The position numbers were made by a program, and so were the translations under genes. From positions 1-50,909 of the forward strand of contig CAZAXL010000001.1 of assembly GCA_964489145.1 (NCBI GenBank): a stretch of DNA of 50,909 nucleotides, written 5' to 3'. The notes below the pieces were generated by a model. It saw only the letters and a program-made list of their open reading frames with translations. It was not told where the DNA came from and did no database searches. Positions 36,954 to 46,844 of this stretch are shown in pieces (the stretch's first letter is position 1; the number at the start of each line of letters is the position of its first letter). Origin of the DNA: an uncultured Gammaproteobacteria bacterium. GTDB taxonomy: Bacteria; Patescibacteriota; Microgenomatia; UBA8517.

Positions 36954-37670
36954 ATGAAAAAGTTTACAAGAAGGTTTATAAATTCCGAGGAGAGAAAAAA
37001 CACAAGAAGCGCTACTTTTTATATATTGCTGACAATTGCCGCCATTGCGATACTCTATTTTGTCGGGATACCGGCTCTTGGCAGGCTTGCTTCTCTTGTT
37101 TCCAGCCTTAGAGGTAATAACAATAAAATCAGCAGCTCCGACATTACCCCACCTCCACCCCCCAAATTTAAATATTTTTCGGAATTCACCAACCAACAAA
37201 CCCTGACATTAGCAGGTAACACAGAGTCGGGAGCCTCGGTAAAACTTACTTTTAATGGAAATCCCCAAGAGGTCTTGGCTGACAACGATGGACAATTTTC
37301 GTTTGGCGTCACCCTACAGGACGGAGTAAACACTTTTGCGGCAACCGCAACCGACCAATCGGGAAACCAAAGCCAAAAATCGGATGACCATCAAATAACT
37401 TTTGACAAGAAAACACCTGATTTGGAAATAACCTCACCCTCAGACGGTTCCAGTTATTTTGGATCCAACCAAAGACAGATCACAATTACAGGAAAAACCG
37501 AAACTGACGCCAAAGTTACAATTAATGACAGAATTATTTCAGTTGACGATTCCGGAATTTTTCAATATACAACAACCCTAAATGAAGGCTCGAATACCTT
37601 TAATGTAAAGTCCACTGATCAGGCAGGAAACACCACTGAAAAAAATATAAGCCTCAACTTTACTCCTTAA
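36954..37670 (+). CDS. Membrane-anchored protein with two bacterial Ig-like domains
   Basis: TM helix, Pro-rich linker, repeated ITG.TE..A.V..N / G.F.....L.EG.N.F...ATDQAGN pattern. Confidence 0.8.
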   Translation: MKKFTRRFINSEERKNTRSATFYILLTIAAIAILYFVGIPALGRLASLVSSLRGNNNKISSSDITPPPPPKFKYFSEFTNQQTLTLAGNTESGASVKLTFNGNPQEVLADNDGQFSFGVTLQDGVNTFAATATDQSGNQSQKSDDHQITFDKKTPDLEITSPSDGSSYFGSNQRQITITGKTETDAKVTINDRIISVDDSGIFQYTTTLNEGSNTFNVKSTDQAGNTTEKNISLNFTP

Positions 37671-38862
37671 CGCTAACTGCAAGAAGAATTACAACATATC
37701 CCATTATCCAAGGGAAAAACAGAGAATTGGAAAACAGACTATGAATAAATAGTGCCATAGATACCGCAATTACGGTTTGTGCTTCACGGCTTTTGGGTAG
37801 AGATTTGAATACTCCAAGGATGCTTCCCGCGAATACCATCAGACCGATCGTGCCGGTTGTTGCAAGGATCAAAAGCAAACTTGAGTCGGACCCCGAACAT
37901 GCATGAGAGGTAAAAGATTCCACTCCTATATATTTATTTCTTGCGATACAAAGATTATTAAACCCGACTCCAAATACTGGGAATTTTTTAAACACCTCAA
38001 TGGTCTCCTTATAATTGTCCAACCTGGCAATAATACTAAATGAACGTGTCAGCTCTATGCTATGGTTTTTTGCCGTCGGCAAGAGTAAAGCAAAAATCAA
38101 AAAAGTAACCGCCAAAACCATCATTTTTCTAAACTTCTTTTCCGCAAAAGCGATAACAAAGATACCCCCTAAAAATGCCAGATAGCTGGCTCTTGAATAG
38201 GTAAATGCCAGAGACACCAAAAGAAACACTGTAATTAATAAATACTTTTTTTCTCTACTATCAATGAATCGATTGATCGATAGCAACAATCCGAAAACTA
38301 TAATTAGGCCCAAAAATGTGGGATCCAGGAAAGTACCCACCAGACGGAACAAGTGCATATCCCAACCGTAAACAAAAAATGGTTTAATATCCGGAAAAGC
38401 AAAAAGTTGAATCCAACCAAAAACTGCTGAAATAACCGAGATCGTCAAAAGACTGCTTGAAAGTAAATGGCCGTTGGTAGGACTTTTTTTAGCAAAATTC
38501 CAAACATAATTTAAAAAGAATGTATAAGCGACAATACGGACCAGATAAAATAGACCGTAAAGAACTTGGTACTTAAAAATGAATACCGATAAAATGAATG
38601 AGAAACCCGCGGCTACCAAAAAATATTTAAGGTATTTGTAAACTTTTGGTTTTTCTTTTTCAAATAAAATCGAGTAAAGCGCCCCTAATCCAACCACAAC
38701 GTCGATAGGCTGAAGAGGCATATTTAAACTGCCAATACCAAAACTCAATCTGATAATTTGTCCGAAAGGAAAAAGGACCAAAAACAAAAAAAGAAATACG
38801 CTTTGCAGCGAAAATAAACTATCTAATTTGATTTTCTTTGTAATTCCCATTGTTTTGACCAT
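37660..38862 (-). CDS. O-antigen ligase/Wzy_C family protein
   Basis: Multi-TM; RLVGTFLDP, TYSRASYLA, PVFGVG, HSLFSN. The start may be a few codons downstream. Confidence 0.85.
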   Translation of the reverse strand: MVKTMGITKKIKLDSLFSLQSVFLFLFLVLFPFGQIIRLSFGIGSLNMPLQPIDVVVGLGALYSILFEKEKPKVYKYLKYFLVAAGFSFILSVFIFKYQVLYGLFYLVRIVAYTFFLNYVWNFAKKSPTNGHLLSSSLLTISVISAVFGWIQLFAFPDIKPFFVYGWDMHLFRLVGTFLDPTFLGLIIVFGLLLSINRFIDSREKKYLLITVFLLVSLAFTYSRASYLAFLGGIFVIAFAEKKFRKMMVLAVTFLIFALLLPTAKNHSIELTRSFSIIARLDNYKETIEVFKKFPVFGVGFNNLCIARNKYIGVESFTSHACSGSDSSLLLILATTGTIGLMVFAGSILGVFKSLPKSREAQTVIAVSMALFIHSLFSNSLFFPWIMGYVVILLAVSVKE

Positions 38863-39401
38863 CCCAAAAACGAATGAAACGATTGTAACATACTGAAAAC
38901 AAAGCCCCGTCCTTGAAATAGATTTTGAATAAACTTTGCTTTAGGATAGAAAATTATTTTTAAAATATTGGATCTTTTACCTTCACGCATATTTTCTTCT
39001 GCGTGTATATCGGAATACCGATTTATTTTTTCAATATACTCATGTAGATTATCGGCAGTATGGTGAATAATATAATTCTTAAGACGGCCTGTTTTACCTT
39101 TTATATTCCAGGTTTCGTGAACTCTCCTTTTCCATTTTCCCGAGTTTCTCCTACCCAATCTTAAAACCACATCTTCCCCAATTTCCCTGCCCAAAAATAT
39201 AATTTTCCTTTTTATAAAAAATCCGGAATAACCTGATGCATCCAAATCCGATATTTCTTTTATCAGTTCCTTTGATAATTTCTCATCCGAATCCAAAAAC
39301 AAAACCCAATCAGATTTTGACTTTCCCAAAAGAATATTCCGTTCTTTCGCAAAATCTGCAATGTTCTTTTTATTTAAAGTAACTAACGAGAAATTTACCA
39401 T
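38823..39401 (-). CDS. Short GT2 glycosyltransferase (WaaE/KdtX-like)
   Basis: FA..RN, WVLFLDSDE, W..RVHE, K.NRYS. Confidence 0.8.
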   Translation of the reverse strand: MVNFSLVTLNKKNIADFAKERNILLGKSKSDWVLFLDSDEKLSKELIKEISDLDASGYSGFFIKRKIIFLGREIGEDVVLRLGRRNSGKWKRRVHETWNIKGKTGRLKNYIIHHTADNLHEYIEKINRYSDIHAEENMREGKRSNILKIIFYPKAKFIQNLFQGRGFVFSMLQSFHSFLGWSKQWELQRKSN

Positions 39402-41650
39402 TTTGTAAGCTTAAATATCTGCAACCCACCACTCGTCCAAATTTCTTTTCCCAACGCCGTTTTCCCGGCACTACCATCTTCCACTATTGTATATTGTATT
39501 TTCGCGCCGCTTTTCACTTTTGCTCCGCGGATTGTAAGAAGATAAATGTAATTATTTGCAAAATTATTATCAAACTGGTCATACATCCCGATTCTGGCAA
39601 CCGAAAATTCCGCGCCCTTTGAATTTAGTAAAATTTCATTTACGGCCGCGATCTGGACAGTATAGGGAGGTAGGCTTTCGGAATAACTACTGAGGGGTTT
39701 GTCCTGATAAAACCAATTAGTGACACCTAAATTCCAAATTCCCAAACCACCAAGTAATAAAGTAAAAAGAATCAAGACGGAAGTCTTTTTGAAAGTCTTG
39801 GCCAAGACGTATCCGACAAGGATCAAGGGAATCGGAAAAATCACTAAATAGTAATGCGGAGGAGGATCCCCGTGAACAAACAACCCCAAATACGAAACAG
39901 CCAGATTTATAAAAACTAAAATGAAAGCCATTTCTTTGTTTTTATTCTTTAGCGATTTTGTAAACCAAACAACTGACCCAATTATGACAAAGGTAAATAT
40001 TATTATTGATACGAATACGGAACTCGGCACAAATGTTTCTTCAAAAAAATTATAAATCGAGAGAATGTTTTGCGATAGAACCTGCGAGCTGACGGTATTT
40101 TTGTGATATAAGCCAAAAAACCCCAATATCCTGTATGGAATCCAGCTCAAAATTTGAGTAGTAATTGCAAATTTATCAGATATTTCATACAGGACAAATG
40201 CTATATTTGGAATCAGGAATCCTGCGAATGAATATAAAATATATTTAAAGCGCGGTTTAACTTTAAAAAAAACAAAACACACAATTGCCGCCGGAATTAA
40301 CAAAAACGGACTTGGGAAAAAGCTCATGGAGAGCCCCAATATAAATCCAAGAATGCCCAGACTTTTTCCATTATCTTTTATTGATTTTGCAAGGTAGTAA
40401 AGGTAAGGGAAAAATATTATCCCTGCAGGGGCGTTGTATCGGGATGCCCTTGTGTAATAGATCCAAGCAGGGGAAACGGCCAATAAAAATGATGTAATTA
40501 GTGCAATTTTTTCACCAAAAAGCTTTTTAATGTAGTAATAGCAAACCAAAATTGCCGAAGATCCGACAAAAGCCCAGAAAGTATTAACTATTACCGGATT
40601 ATATCTTCCGAGAAAAAGAAGAACCGTATAAATCCAATAAGATATCGGGGGGATAAAAAACCATTCGTGAGAAGTACGGGGACCTATCAAAAATGTCCGT
40701 GTCCCGTGAATAATATTCCAAATATTCATATAATCCGTCCCCATTTCGCCATTTAAAATTAAGTTTGGCAAAAATCTATAAAATCGTAAAAATATACCTA
40801 TGAGAAAAATTAGGAAAATAAGAGATGACTCTTTTGAAATATTTGTGAAAAATTCGACCAATAAACTTAACAAAATTCCGTAATGCTTTCTAAAATAGTA
40901 AAATCTACTTTTTCTAAAAATTTTTTTGATTTCACTTGTCGTTTTTGGTGTCCCCTTTGATTCTAAATGAGTTACGGTAGCACCAGGTAAAATAAATAGT
41001 TGCCACTTTTTCTCTTTTAGATTCATTGACAAATCGTTTTCTTCAAAATATAAAAAAATATTTTCATCAAAACCACCCACAGATGTAAGTGCTTTCCTAC
41101 GGATCAGAAATGTCCCAAGCTGCGCCACATCAACCTCTTTCGTGGTTTTTCTGTCCCAATCCATCATCAAATATTTTTGAATTACTGGGAATTTATACAA
41201 AAATTTATTGATAAAAGAAAGATAACAAATTCCACGGAATGGTGTAAGCTCCAGTGTTGCACTTGGAGCAAATTTCCCTGAAATGTTTATCATTTTAGGT
41301 GCAACAAGACCAACTTTTTTATTCTTCTTAATAAAGTCGTAAAGTCTTGCAAAAGATTTACAATCAATTACCATATCGGAGTCTAAAAACAAACAATATT
41401 CTCCTCCTGCATACTTTAACCCCAAATTTCTTCCTCCGCCCCAGCCCAGATTCCTGGGTGATTTTACATATTTAATCCATTTATATTTTTTCTCAAGCTT
41501 TTTAGATTTATCCTCGTTATTATCAATTAAAATAAATTCTGTGTCTTTATATTTTTTTTTGATATCTTTCAAACTGTTCAGACATTTATAGATTTCGTTT
41601 CCATGGCCGTAATGCACCACTATCACAGATAATTTATTGTTTTTTTGCAT
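39395..41650 (-). CDS. Fusion of an N-terminal GT2 domain and a C-terminal multi-TM ArnT/PMT-like (GT-C) glycosyltransferase
   Basis: GT2 motifs N.G...GRN, FLDSD, GGFDE.IFLYFEE.D; from about aa 270, E...D loop, GP.TS, LAVSP..I.Y.R and many TM helices. Confidence 0.75.
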   Translation of the reverse strand: MQKNNKLSVIVVHYGHGNEIYKCLNSLKDIKKKYKDTEFILIDNNEDKSKKLEKKYKWIKYVKSPRNLGWGGGRNLGLKYAGGEYCLFLDSDMVIDCKSFARLYDFIKKNKKVGLVAPKMINISGKFAPSATLELTPFRGICYLSFINKFLYKFPVIQKYLMMDWDRKTTKEVDVAQLGTFLIRRKALTSVGGFDENIFLYFEENDLSMNLKEKKWQLFILPGATVTHLESKGTPKTTSEIKKIFRKSRFYYFRKHYGILLSLLVEFFTNISKESSLIFLIFLIGIFLRFYRFLPNLILNGEMGTDYMNIWNIIHGTRTFLIGPRTSHEWFFIPPISYWIYTVLLFLGRYNPVIVNTFWAFVGSSAILVCYYYIKKLFGEKIALITSFLLAVSPAWIYYTRASRYNAPAGIIFFPYLYYLAKSIKDNGKSLGILGFILGLSMSFFPSPFLLIPAAIVCFVFFKVKPRFKYILYSFAGFLIPNIAFVLYEISDKFAITTQILSWIPYRILGFFGLYHKNTVSSQVLSQNILSIYNFFEETFVPSSVFVSIIIFTFVIIGSVVWFTKSLKNKNKEMAFILVFINLAVSYLGLFVHGDPPPHYYLVIFPIPLILVGYVLAKTFKKTSVLILFTLLLGGLGIWNLGVTNWFYQDKPLSSYSESLPPYTVQIAAVNEILLNSKGAEFSVARIGMYDQFDNNFANNYIYLLTIRGAKVKSGAKIQYTIVEDGSAGKTALGKEIWTSGGLQIFKLTKW

Positions 41651-41652
41651 AT

Positions 41653-42897
41653 TTATGGAAAAATTGAAACTTTTGGAAATGGTACTATAAACTTTCCTCC
41701 CTTATTTATATATTTTTGTTCCTTATTTATTATTTCCTCTTTATAGTTCCAGGCAAGAAGCAATACATACTTTGCATTTTTGTCCTTTCTAAAAAACTCA
41801 GGGTTAATTATTGGAATGTGTGTACCGGGTGTAAATTTCCCATATCTTTCCGGAGACTCGTCAACAATGTAGTCGATTTGTTTTTTCCCTAACTTACAAT
41901 AATTCAAAAGAGTATTCGCACGCCCTGAAGCGCCATAGCCCACAATTTTAATATCCCCCGATTTTATATTGTTTATTTTATTCAGAAATACCTTTTTATG
42001 GCACTCAACTTTTCTTGAAAAGTTTAAAATATTTTTAGCCAACAAACGATTTACATCTTTCTCCTTATTCAAAAATCTCTTTAATCTATTTGTTTTCCCA
42101 TGTTTACGATTTCCAATAAATTTCGCATACACACGTATTGATCCTGAGTGAATTGGAATCTTTTTTACGTCAAAAGGAACGATTCCAAACCGCTTCATTA
42201 ATCTTGAAAGAGTTGTTAGTGTGTAATAAGTCAAATGCTCGTTATAAAAGAAGTCATATTGAAGTTTTTTAATCAAATCTGGTAAATAATGTAATTCAAT
42301 TACCAGAACTCCGTCTTCCTTAAGTAAAATTTTAATTCCTCTAAAAACAGTTTTTACATCATCTATGTGTGCCAAAACGTTATTTGCAAAGATTGCATCC
42401 ACCTTACCTGAAGTTTTGACAATTTTTTCGGCTATACTTTTCCCAAATTCACCCACCATTGTCTCGATACCTTTCTTGGCTGCTACATCGGCAACGCTTT
42501 TTGAAGCATCTACTCCTAAAACCTTGACCCCCATTTTCTTTAGTGGATAGAGTAAAACACCATCGTTGCTGCCTATATCTACCACAAACGATTTGTCACG
42601 TAGATACTTTCGATACATTTCTTTCGCGTACTCGGTGAAATGTTTTGTTAAAGTTACAGAGGACAAATAATGATAGTTTCTAAATAGAACTCTGGGGGGT
42701 ATAACATCCAAAATCTGAACAAGACCGCATTTTTTACATTGCCATATTTTTAGTGGATAATACAGTTCCTTTCCGATTTCTTTTTTTGTCAAAAAATCTC
42801 CGGCATGAGGCATAAAACCCATATCAATAACAAGTTTAAATGAAGAGGTACCACAGATGCGGCAGGTTGTTTTTGTTTTAAATTTGCCAATTTTCAT
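41653..42897 (-). CDS. NDP-sugar C-methyltransferase (TylCIII/TcaB9-like); start corrected to the ATG at 42897
   Basis: Zn site CRICG...CKKCGLVQ, SAM motif DIGSNDG, EH..YY, C-terminal GYGAS..ANTLLNY...GKFTPGTHIPI. Confidence 0.88.
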   Translation of the reverse strand: MKIGKFKTKTTCRICGTSSFKLVIDMGFMPHAGDFLTKKEIGKELYYPLKIWQCKKCGLVQILDVIPPRVLFRNYHYLSSVTLTKHFTEYAKEMYRKYLRDKSFVVDIGSNDGVLLYPLKKMGVKVLGVDASKSVADVAAKKGIETMVGEFGKSIAEKIVKTSGKVDAIFANNVLAHIDDVKTVFRGIKILLKEDGVLVIELHYLPDLIKKLQYDFFYNEHLTYYTLTTLSRLMKRFGIVPFDVKKIPIHSGSIRVYAKFIGNRKHGKTNRLKRFLNKEKDVNRLLAKNILNFSRKVECHKKVFLNKINNIKSGDIKIVGYGASGRANTLLNYCKLGKKQIDYIVDESPERYGKFTPGTHIPIINPEFFRKDKNAKYVLLLAWNYKEEIINKEQKYINKGGKFIVPFPKVSIFP

Positions 42898-42942
42898 TCT
42901 AGTACCGCCAAGTTTACCAAAGATTAATATATAATCACAGTT

Positions 42943-43701
42943 ATGAAAGAATTTCTGATACTGGGCGGGGGTTCGCGACTCGCAAAAACATTTCAAAAGA
43001 TGCATCCCACTAGTTGTATTTCTTTAGAAAAAGTTTCCTGCGACATAAAAAATAGGAATCAAGTGATGTCGGTTCTTTCTTCAAATAGGGTAAAATACGT
43101 ACTTAATTGTGCAGCAATTACGGACATCGAGTGGTGCGAAAAAAATCCCAAAGAATGTATGAAGGTAAACACCGAAGCAGTCAAAGATTTAGAAAATATA
43201 TGTTTCGCAGTAGGTAAAAAGCTAATTCAGATTTCATCTAACTATGCATGTTTTCCTACAAATGTTTACGGAAAATCTAAGAGATTAATGGAAGAATCTT
43301 TCAATCACAAAAGGTCTTTAATAATTAGAACAAGCTTTTATTACGAAGGGTATGATCTTTTCAAAAATCTGATTAACTATAAAAAAGTGGACGCTTTTTC
43401 CAACTCTTATTTCAATCCTATATCCATCTATCGATTGGCTGAGGAAATTAATAGACACAAAGATGATGTTGGACTGTTAGATGTGTTTTCATCCAAAAAA
43501 ATATCTAAATACGATTTTGCTCTTTTGTTTTGCAAGGTTTTTAATTTAAATAGTAGATTAATTAAAAGTACACTTTTTAAAAATTCCAAGAATAAAGCAA
43601 AAAGACCTTTTAATTCATTTGTGCCTTCCGACGTAAATATAAATTTGGAGGAAGATATGGCTTACTTTAAAAGATGTTCTGACTTCTCAAAAGACTTTTA
43701 A
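42943..43701 (+). CDS. RmlD-like NDP-4-keto-sugar reductase (SDR), degenerate
   Basis: GGGSRLA Rossmann loop, NCAAIT....CE.NP....VN, SSNY, YGKSK. Confidence 0.75.
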   Translation: MKEFLILGGGSRLAKTFQKMHPTSCISLEKVSCDIKNRNQVMSVLSSNRVKYVLNCAAITDIEWCEKNPKECMKVNTEAVKDLENICFAVGKKLIQISSNYACFPTNVYGKSKRLMEESFNHKRSLIIRTSFYYEGYDLFKNLINYKKVDAFSNSYFNPISIYRLAEEINRHKDDVGLLDVFSSKKISKYDFALLFCKVFNLNSRLIKSTLFKNSKNKAKRPFNSFVPSDVNINLEEDMAYFKRCSDFSKDF

Positions 43702-44689
43702 TTTCTTTTATTGCCATTAATACTCCAAGATCCGAAGAATATCTAAATTCTTTTGCTTTGTGGGTCAGCGCCTTATAGCTAAAACCAATGTCAGATAGAT
43801 CAATTTGGGGAAGTATAATAAAGTAATCTTTCTTTTCAATTGTCCTTATTGATTCAATTGGAGAAATTAAAGTCTCGTGCAGTTTTTCACCAGGACGTAT
43901 GCCGATTTCTAAAATCTTTTTATTTTTGGGTTTTAGTTCGTCAACCATAGCAACTGCTAAGTCGTATACATTTAGTGGTTTTATATTGGGTACAAAAATC
44001 TCCCCTCCCCTCATCTTTTCCAGTGCTGTAAATACAAGCTTTGTTGCCTGATCAAGAGTCAATATAAACCTTGTCATTCTTTTGTCCGTAACTGTTAGTG
44101 GACGCCCAAGGGCAATTTGCTTTAGAAACAGAGGAATTATTGACCCCCTTGAGGCAACTACATTACCGTATCTCACCGACGCAAAGCTGGTACCGCTTTT
44201 CTTACCAGCTTTGTTACCGAGAGTAAAAATTCTTTCCTGAAGGCCTTTTGTCATACCCATAACATTTATCGGCTCAACAGCCTTGTCCGTACTTATAGAT
44301 AACACTCTGGAAACACCATTTGCGATAGCTGCATCTACAACATTTTGAGCGCCAATTACATTTGTTTTAACTATTTCAAAAACATTGTATTCGGAACTGG
44401 GGATCTGTTTCAACGCAGCCGCATGAATAAGATAATCTGTTTTTTCAGATAAGGCTTTTTCTAAGGAAATTTTATCCCTAACATCCCCGATTACAAATTT
44501 AAGTTTATTTTTGTACTTGGACAAGTCATATTGCATCGAATACTGTTTATCCTCATCGCGGGAAAAAACTGTAACCATCTGCGGATCTTGTTTTAAAATC
44601 TCTTTTACGAAGTATCCACCAAAGGAACCCGTTCCTCCGGTAATTAGAATTGTTTTGTTTTTAAATAGGTTTGTCTTTACTTTTTTCAT
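43667..44689 (-). CDS. UDP-GlcNAc 4,6-dehydratase/epimerase, FnlA/CapE/WbjB-like
   Basis: GGTGSFG, SRDEDKQ, HAAALKQIP, STDKAVEPINVMGMTK (MxxxK), RYGNV..SRGS, GEKLHE. Confidence 0.88.
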   Translation of the reverse strand: MKKVKTNLFKNKTILITGGTGSFGGYFVKEILKQDPQMVTVFSRDEDKQYSMQYDLSKYKNKLKFVIGDVRDKISLEKALSEKTDYLIHAAALKQIPSSEYNVFEIVKTNVIGAQNVVDAAIANGVSRVLSISTDKAVEPINVMGMTKGLQERIFTLGNKAGKKSGTSFASVRYGNVVASRGSIIPLFLKQIALGRPLTVTDKRMTRFILTLDQATKLVFTALEKMRGGEIFVPNIKPLNVYDLAVAMVDELKPKNKKILEIGIRPGEKLHETLISPIESIRTIEKKDYFIILPQIDLSDIGFSYKALTHKAKEFRYSSDLGVLMAIKEIKSLLRSQNIF

Positions 44690-45902
44690 TGAGTGTTTTT
44701 CTTACAAAATAGATTGTCAGGGGCAAGGATATTAGTGTTCCAATAATCGCAGATAATCCGGCTCCAATAATACCATAAGTTTTGGTCAAAGGCACGATTG
44801 TTGTTAAAAGACCCAGGGCGCTAACCAAGGTAACAATGGCTGAGTATTTCTGCTTCTTCTTTGCTACCAACAAAGAGTTCGTTGAAGCGGCAATTCCTCG
44901 AGTAACCCCCAAAATTGATAATAGTTTAACTGCCGGTATGGCAGCTTCCCATCCTTGACCAAAAAGTATCTTTACAATTGGAGAGGCAAAAAGATAAACC
45001 AATACCCCAGCAGCTATCATTAGTGAACCGTTAATGGCAAGCGTTTTAAAAAATGCCCTTTTCAATCTATCGGCCTCTTCGGAAATTTTAGAAAAAATGG
45101 GGAACGTTACCCTAAAGAAAATATCACCAACTTCAGAAAGTGGTATCGTTGATATTTTATATGCGTTTTGATAAATTCCCAAAGAAGTCACTCCGAGAAT
45201 TCGCCCCACTATAATATTGTCGCTTTGTGTGTAAATATAATCAAAGATGCCAAAGGCGGTAACCCACACACCTCTTTTTATTACTTTTTTGACTTTTTCA
45301 AAATCTATTACAAAACGTGGTAATGGTCTGACTACAATAAATGTGTATACGACCTCATAAAGAGCACCGCCCCACAGACCGAAAATCAATCCCAATGGAT
45401 TTCTTAGAATTAATGCTCCAGCAATCGAAAAAATGGTTTCTGCCAAATACATTGAGACTCTATAGAAAAATTCCTTATTAAAGTTAAGATCTTTTTGAAA
45501 TTTAACTATTGCCGGATTAATAAAACCGCGGATCAATGGTACTACTGCCACTAAGTAAAGCAAAATTCGCGATTCTGGAGATTTGAAGAAACTCGAAACC
45601 GCATCAGCTGTAGCCAGAATTACCGCTGAAATCAAAAAACCCCTGAAAATAGACACTACCCACGCAGAATCGATATATTTTTCAACACCACCCTTTTCCT
45701 GAACCAAAAATATATTAATACCAGTCTCGGTAATAATTTCTAAAAATCCAAGAGAAATGGTAGCTATTCCAAATACCCCAAGATTATAAGGGGAAAGAAT
45801 ATGTGCAATGATTGAAATCCTGACAATTCCCAGAAGCCTATGTGCCACACGAAAAGCGGTCATCCAGGAAATTCCCTTTAAGGCATCTTTAAAGTATCCC
45901 AT
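44661..45902 (-). CDS. Wzx-type polysaccharide flippase
   Basis: Multi-TM; L.P...G.F, QSDNIIVGRILG...LGIY..AY. Confidence 0.88.
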   Translation of the reverse strand: MGYFKDALKGISWMTAFRVAHRLLGIVRISIIAHILSPYNLGVFGIATISLGFLEIITETGINIFLVQEKGGVEKYIDSAWVVSIFRGFLISAVILATADAVSSFFKSPESRILLYLVAVVPLIRGFINPAIVKFQKDLNFNKEFFYRVSMYLAETIFSIAGALILRNPLGLIFGLWGGALYEVVYTFIVVRPLPRFVIDFEKVKKVIKRGVWVTAFGIFDYIYTQSDNIIVGRILGVTSLGIYQNAYKISTIPLSEVGDIFFRVTFPIFSKISEEADRLKRAFFKTLAINGSLMIAAGVLVYLFASPIVKILFGQGWEAAIPAVKLLSILGVTRGIAASTNSLLVAKKKQKYSAIVTLVSALGLLTTIVPLTKTYGIIGAGLSAIIGTLISLPLTIYFVRKTLNEKSKDKPI

Positions 45903-46844
45903 TTATCTGATTATACCTGACAAAAATCCAGCCATCACAGCCATATCCGAAGTTATTTGAAGAATTGGTCCCCAGAGAGAAATCTTCCAATCTCCAAACT
46001 CCAAATATATTTTTCTGTAAGCCCAAAAAAAATAAACTAAAAATAAAATTAATGGATAGATGGGGGAGATAAAACCAATTAACCCCAGGGTCAAAACCAA
46101 AATACCCAGGGCATACCTTCCAAAGACAGAAAGTACCTTAATATTGTGCGACATTAAACCTTGACTGGGATGCCACCAGATTCCATATCTAATATCCCAC
46201 TTTGCATACTCGCGGATTTTATAACTGAATTCTTTCAGGTCTTCAGGCATCCCCCACTCTACTGTTGCATTTTTCACGCGTGAATACTTTAAGCCAAGCT
46301 TAACTGCTTTGTAATTAAAGTCCGTATCTTCGGCAGAATTGACCTTGCTTTCGGGAAATCCCCCCACTGTTTCCCAAGCGCTCTTGGTAAATGCCATAGA
46401 CCGAGTGGAAGGTAAGAAATTCATATCAAACTTTCGTGGTGTTACACCTAGAAAAACAGATTCCGCTTTTTGAAACCTGGAATTACCGACCATGTGGTAA
46501 AAACCTGCCGAAATATCAACTTTACCTGTGGCAAACGGGGCTGAAATATTTTTTATCCAGTCTCTATCCGCAACACAACCTCCATCGGTTATGGCTACGA
46601 CTTCATTTTTGGCTAGTTCAATGCTTAGATTTCTTCCGTGCGCCCTGGAACATTTTTCAGAAATAGATTTTATATATGGATATTTCTTTTGATAATGGCG
46701 GATTATCTCAAGCGTCTTGTCGGTAGAACCTCCGTCAACAATAATAATTTCGTCCGCTTTTTTTCTTTGGTTAACCAAAGAATCAAGAAGCCTCGAAATC
46801 GTTCTTTCTTCGTTAAATACTGTTATACAAATCGAGATATTCAT
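45903..46844 (-). CDS. GT2 glycosyltransferase
   Basis: VFNEE, VDGGSTD, TDGGC, VGGF, EDT.F. Confidence 0.9.
   Translation of the reverse strand: MNISICITVFNEERTISRLLDSLVNQRKKADEIIIVDGGSTDKTLEIIRHYQKKYPYIKSISEKCSRAHGRNLSIELAKNEVVAITDGGCVADRDWIKNISAPFATGKVDISAGFYHMVGNSRFQKAESVFLGVTPRKFDMNFLPSTRSMAFTKSAWETVGGFPESKVNSAEDTDFNYKAVKLGLKYSRVKNATVEWGMPEDLKEFSYKIREYAKWDIRYGIWWHPSQGLMSHNIKVLSVFGRYALGILVLTLGLIGFISPIYPLILFLVYFFWAYRKIYLEFGDWKISLWGPILQITSDMAVMAGFLSGIIR

Noticed and set aside
36882-37199. 105-aa minus-strand ORF
   Set aside because: It is antisense to tRNA-Thr and the Ig-domain gene; its C-terminus is a tRNA read backwards.
42898-43005. 36-aa N-terminal extension of the C-methyltransferase in the ORF track
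   Set aside because: It overlaps the divergent RmlD-like gene; the family-typical start is MKIGKF..CRICG at 42897.
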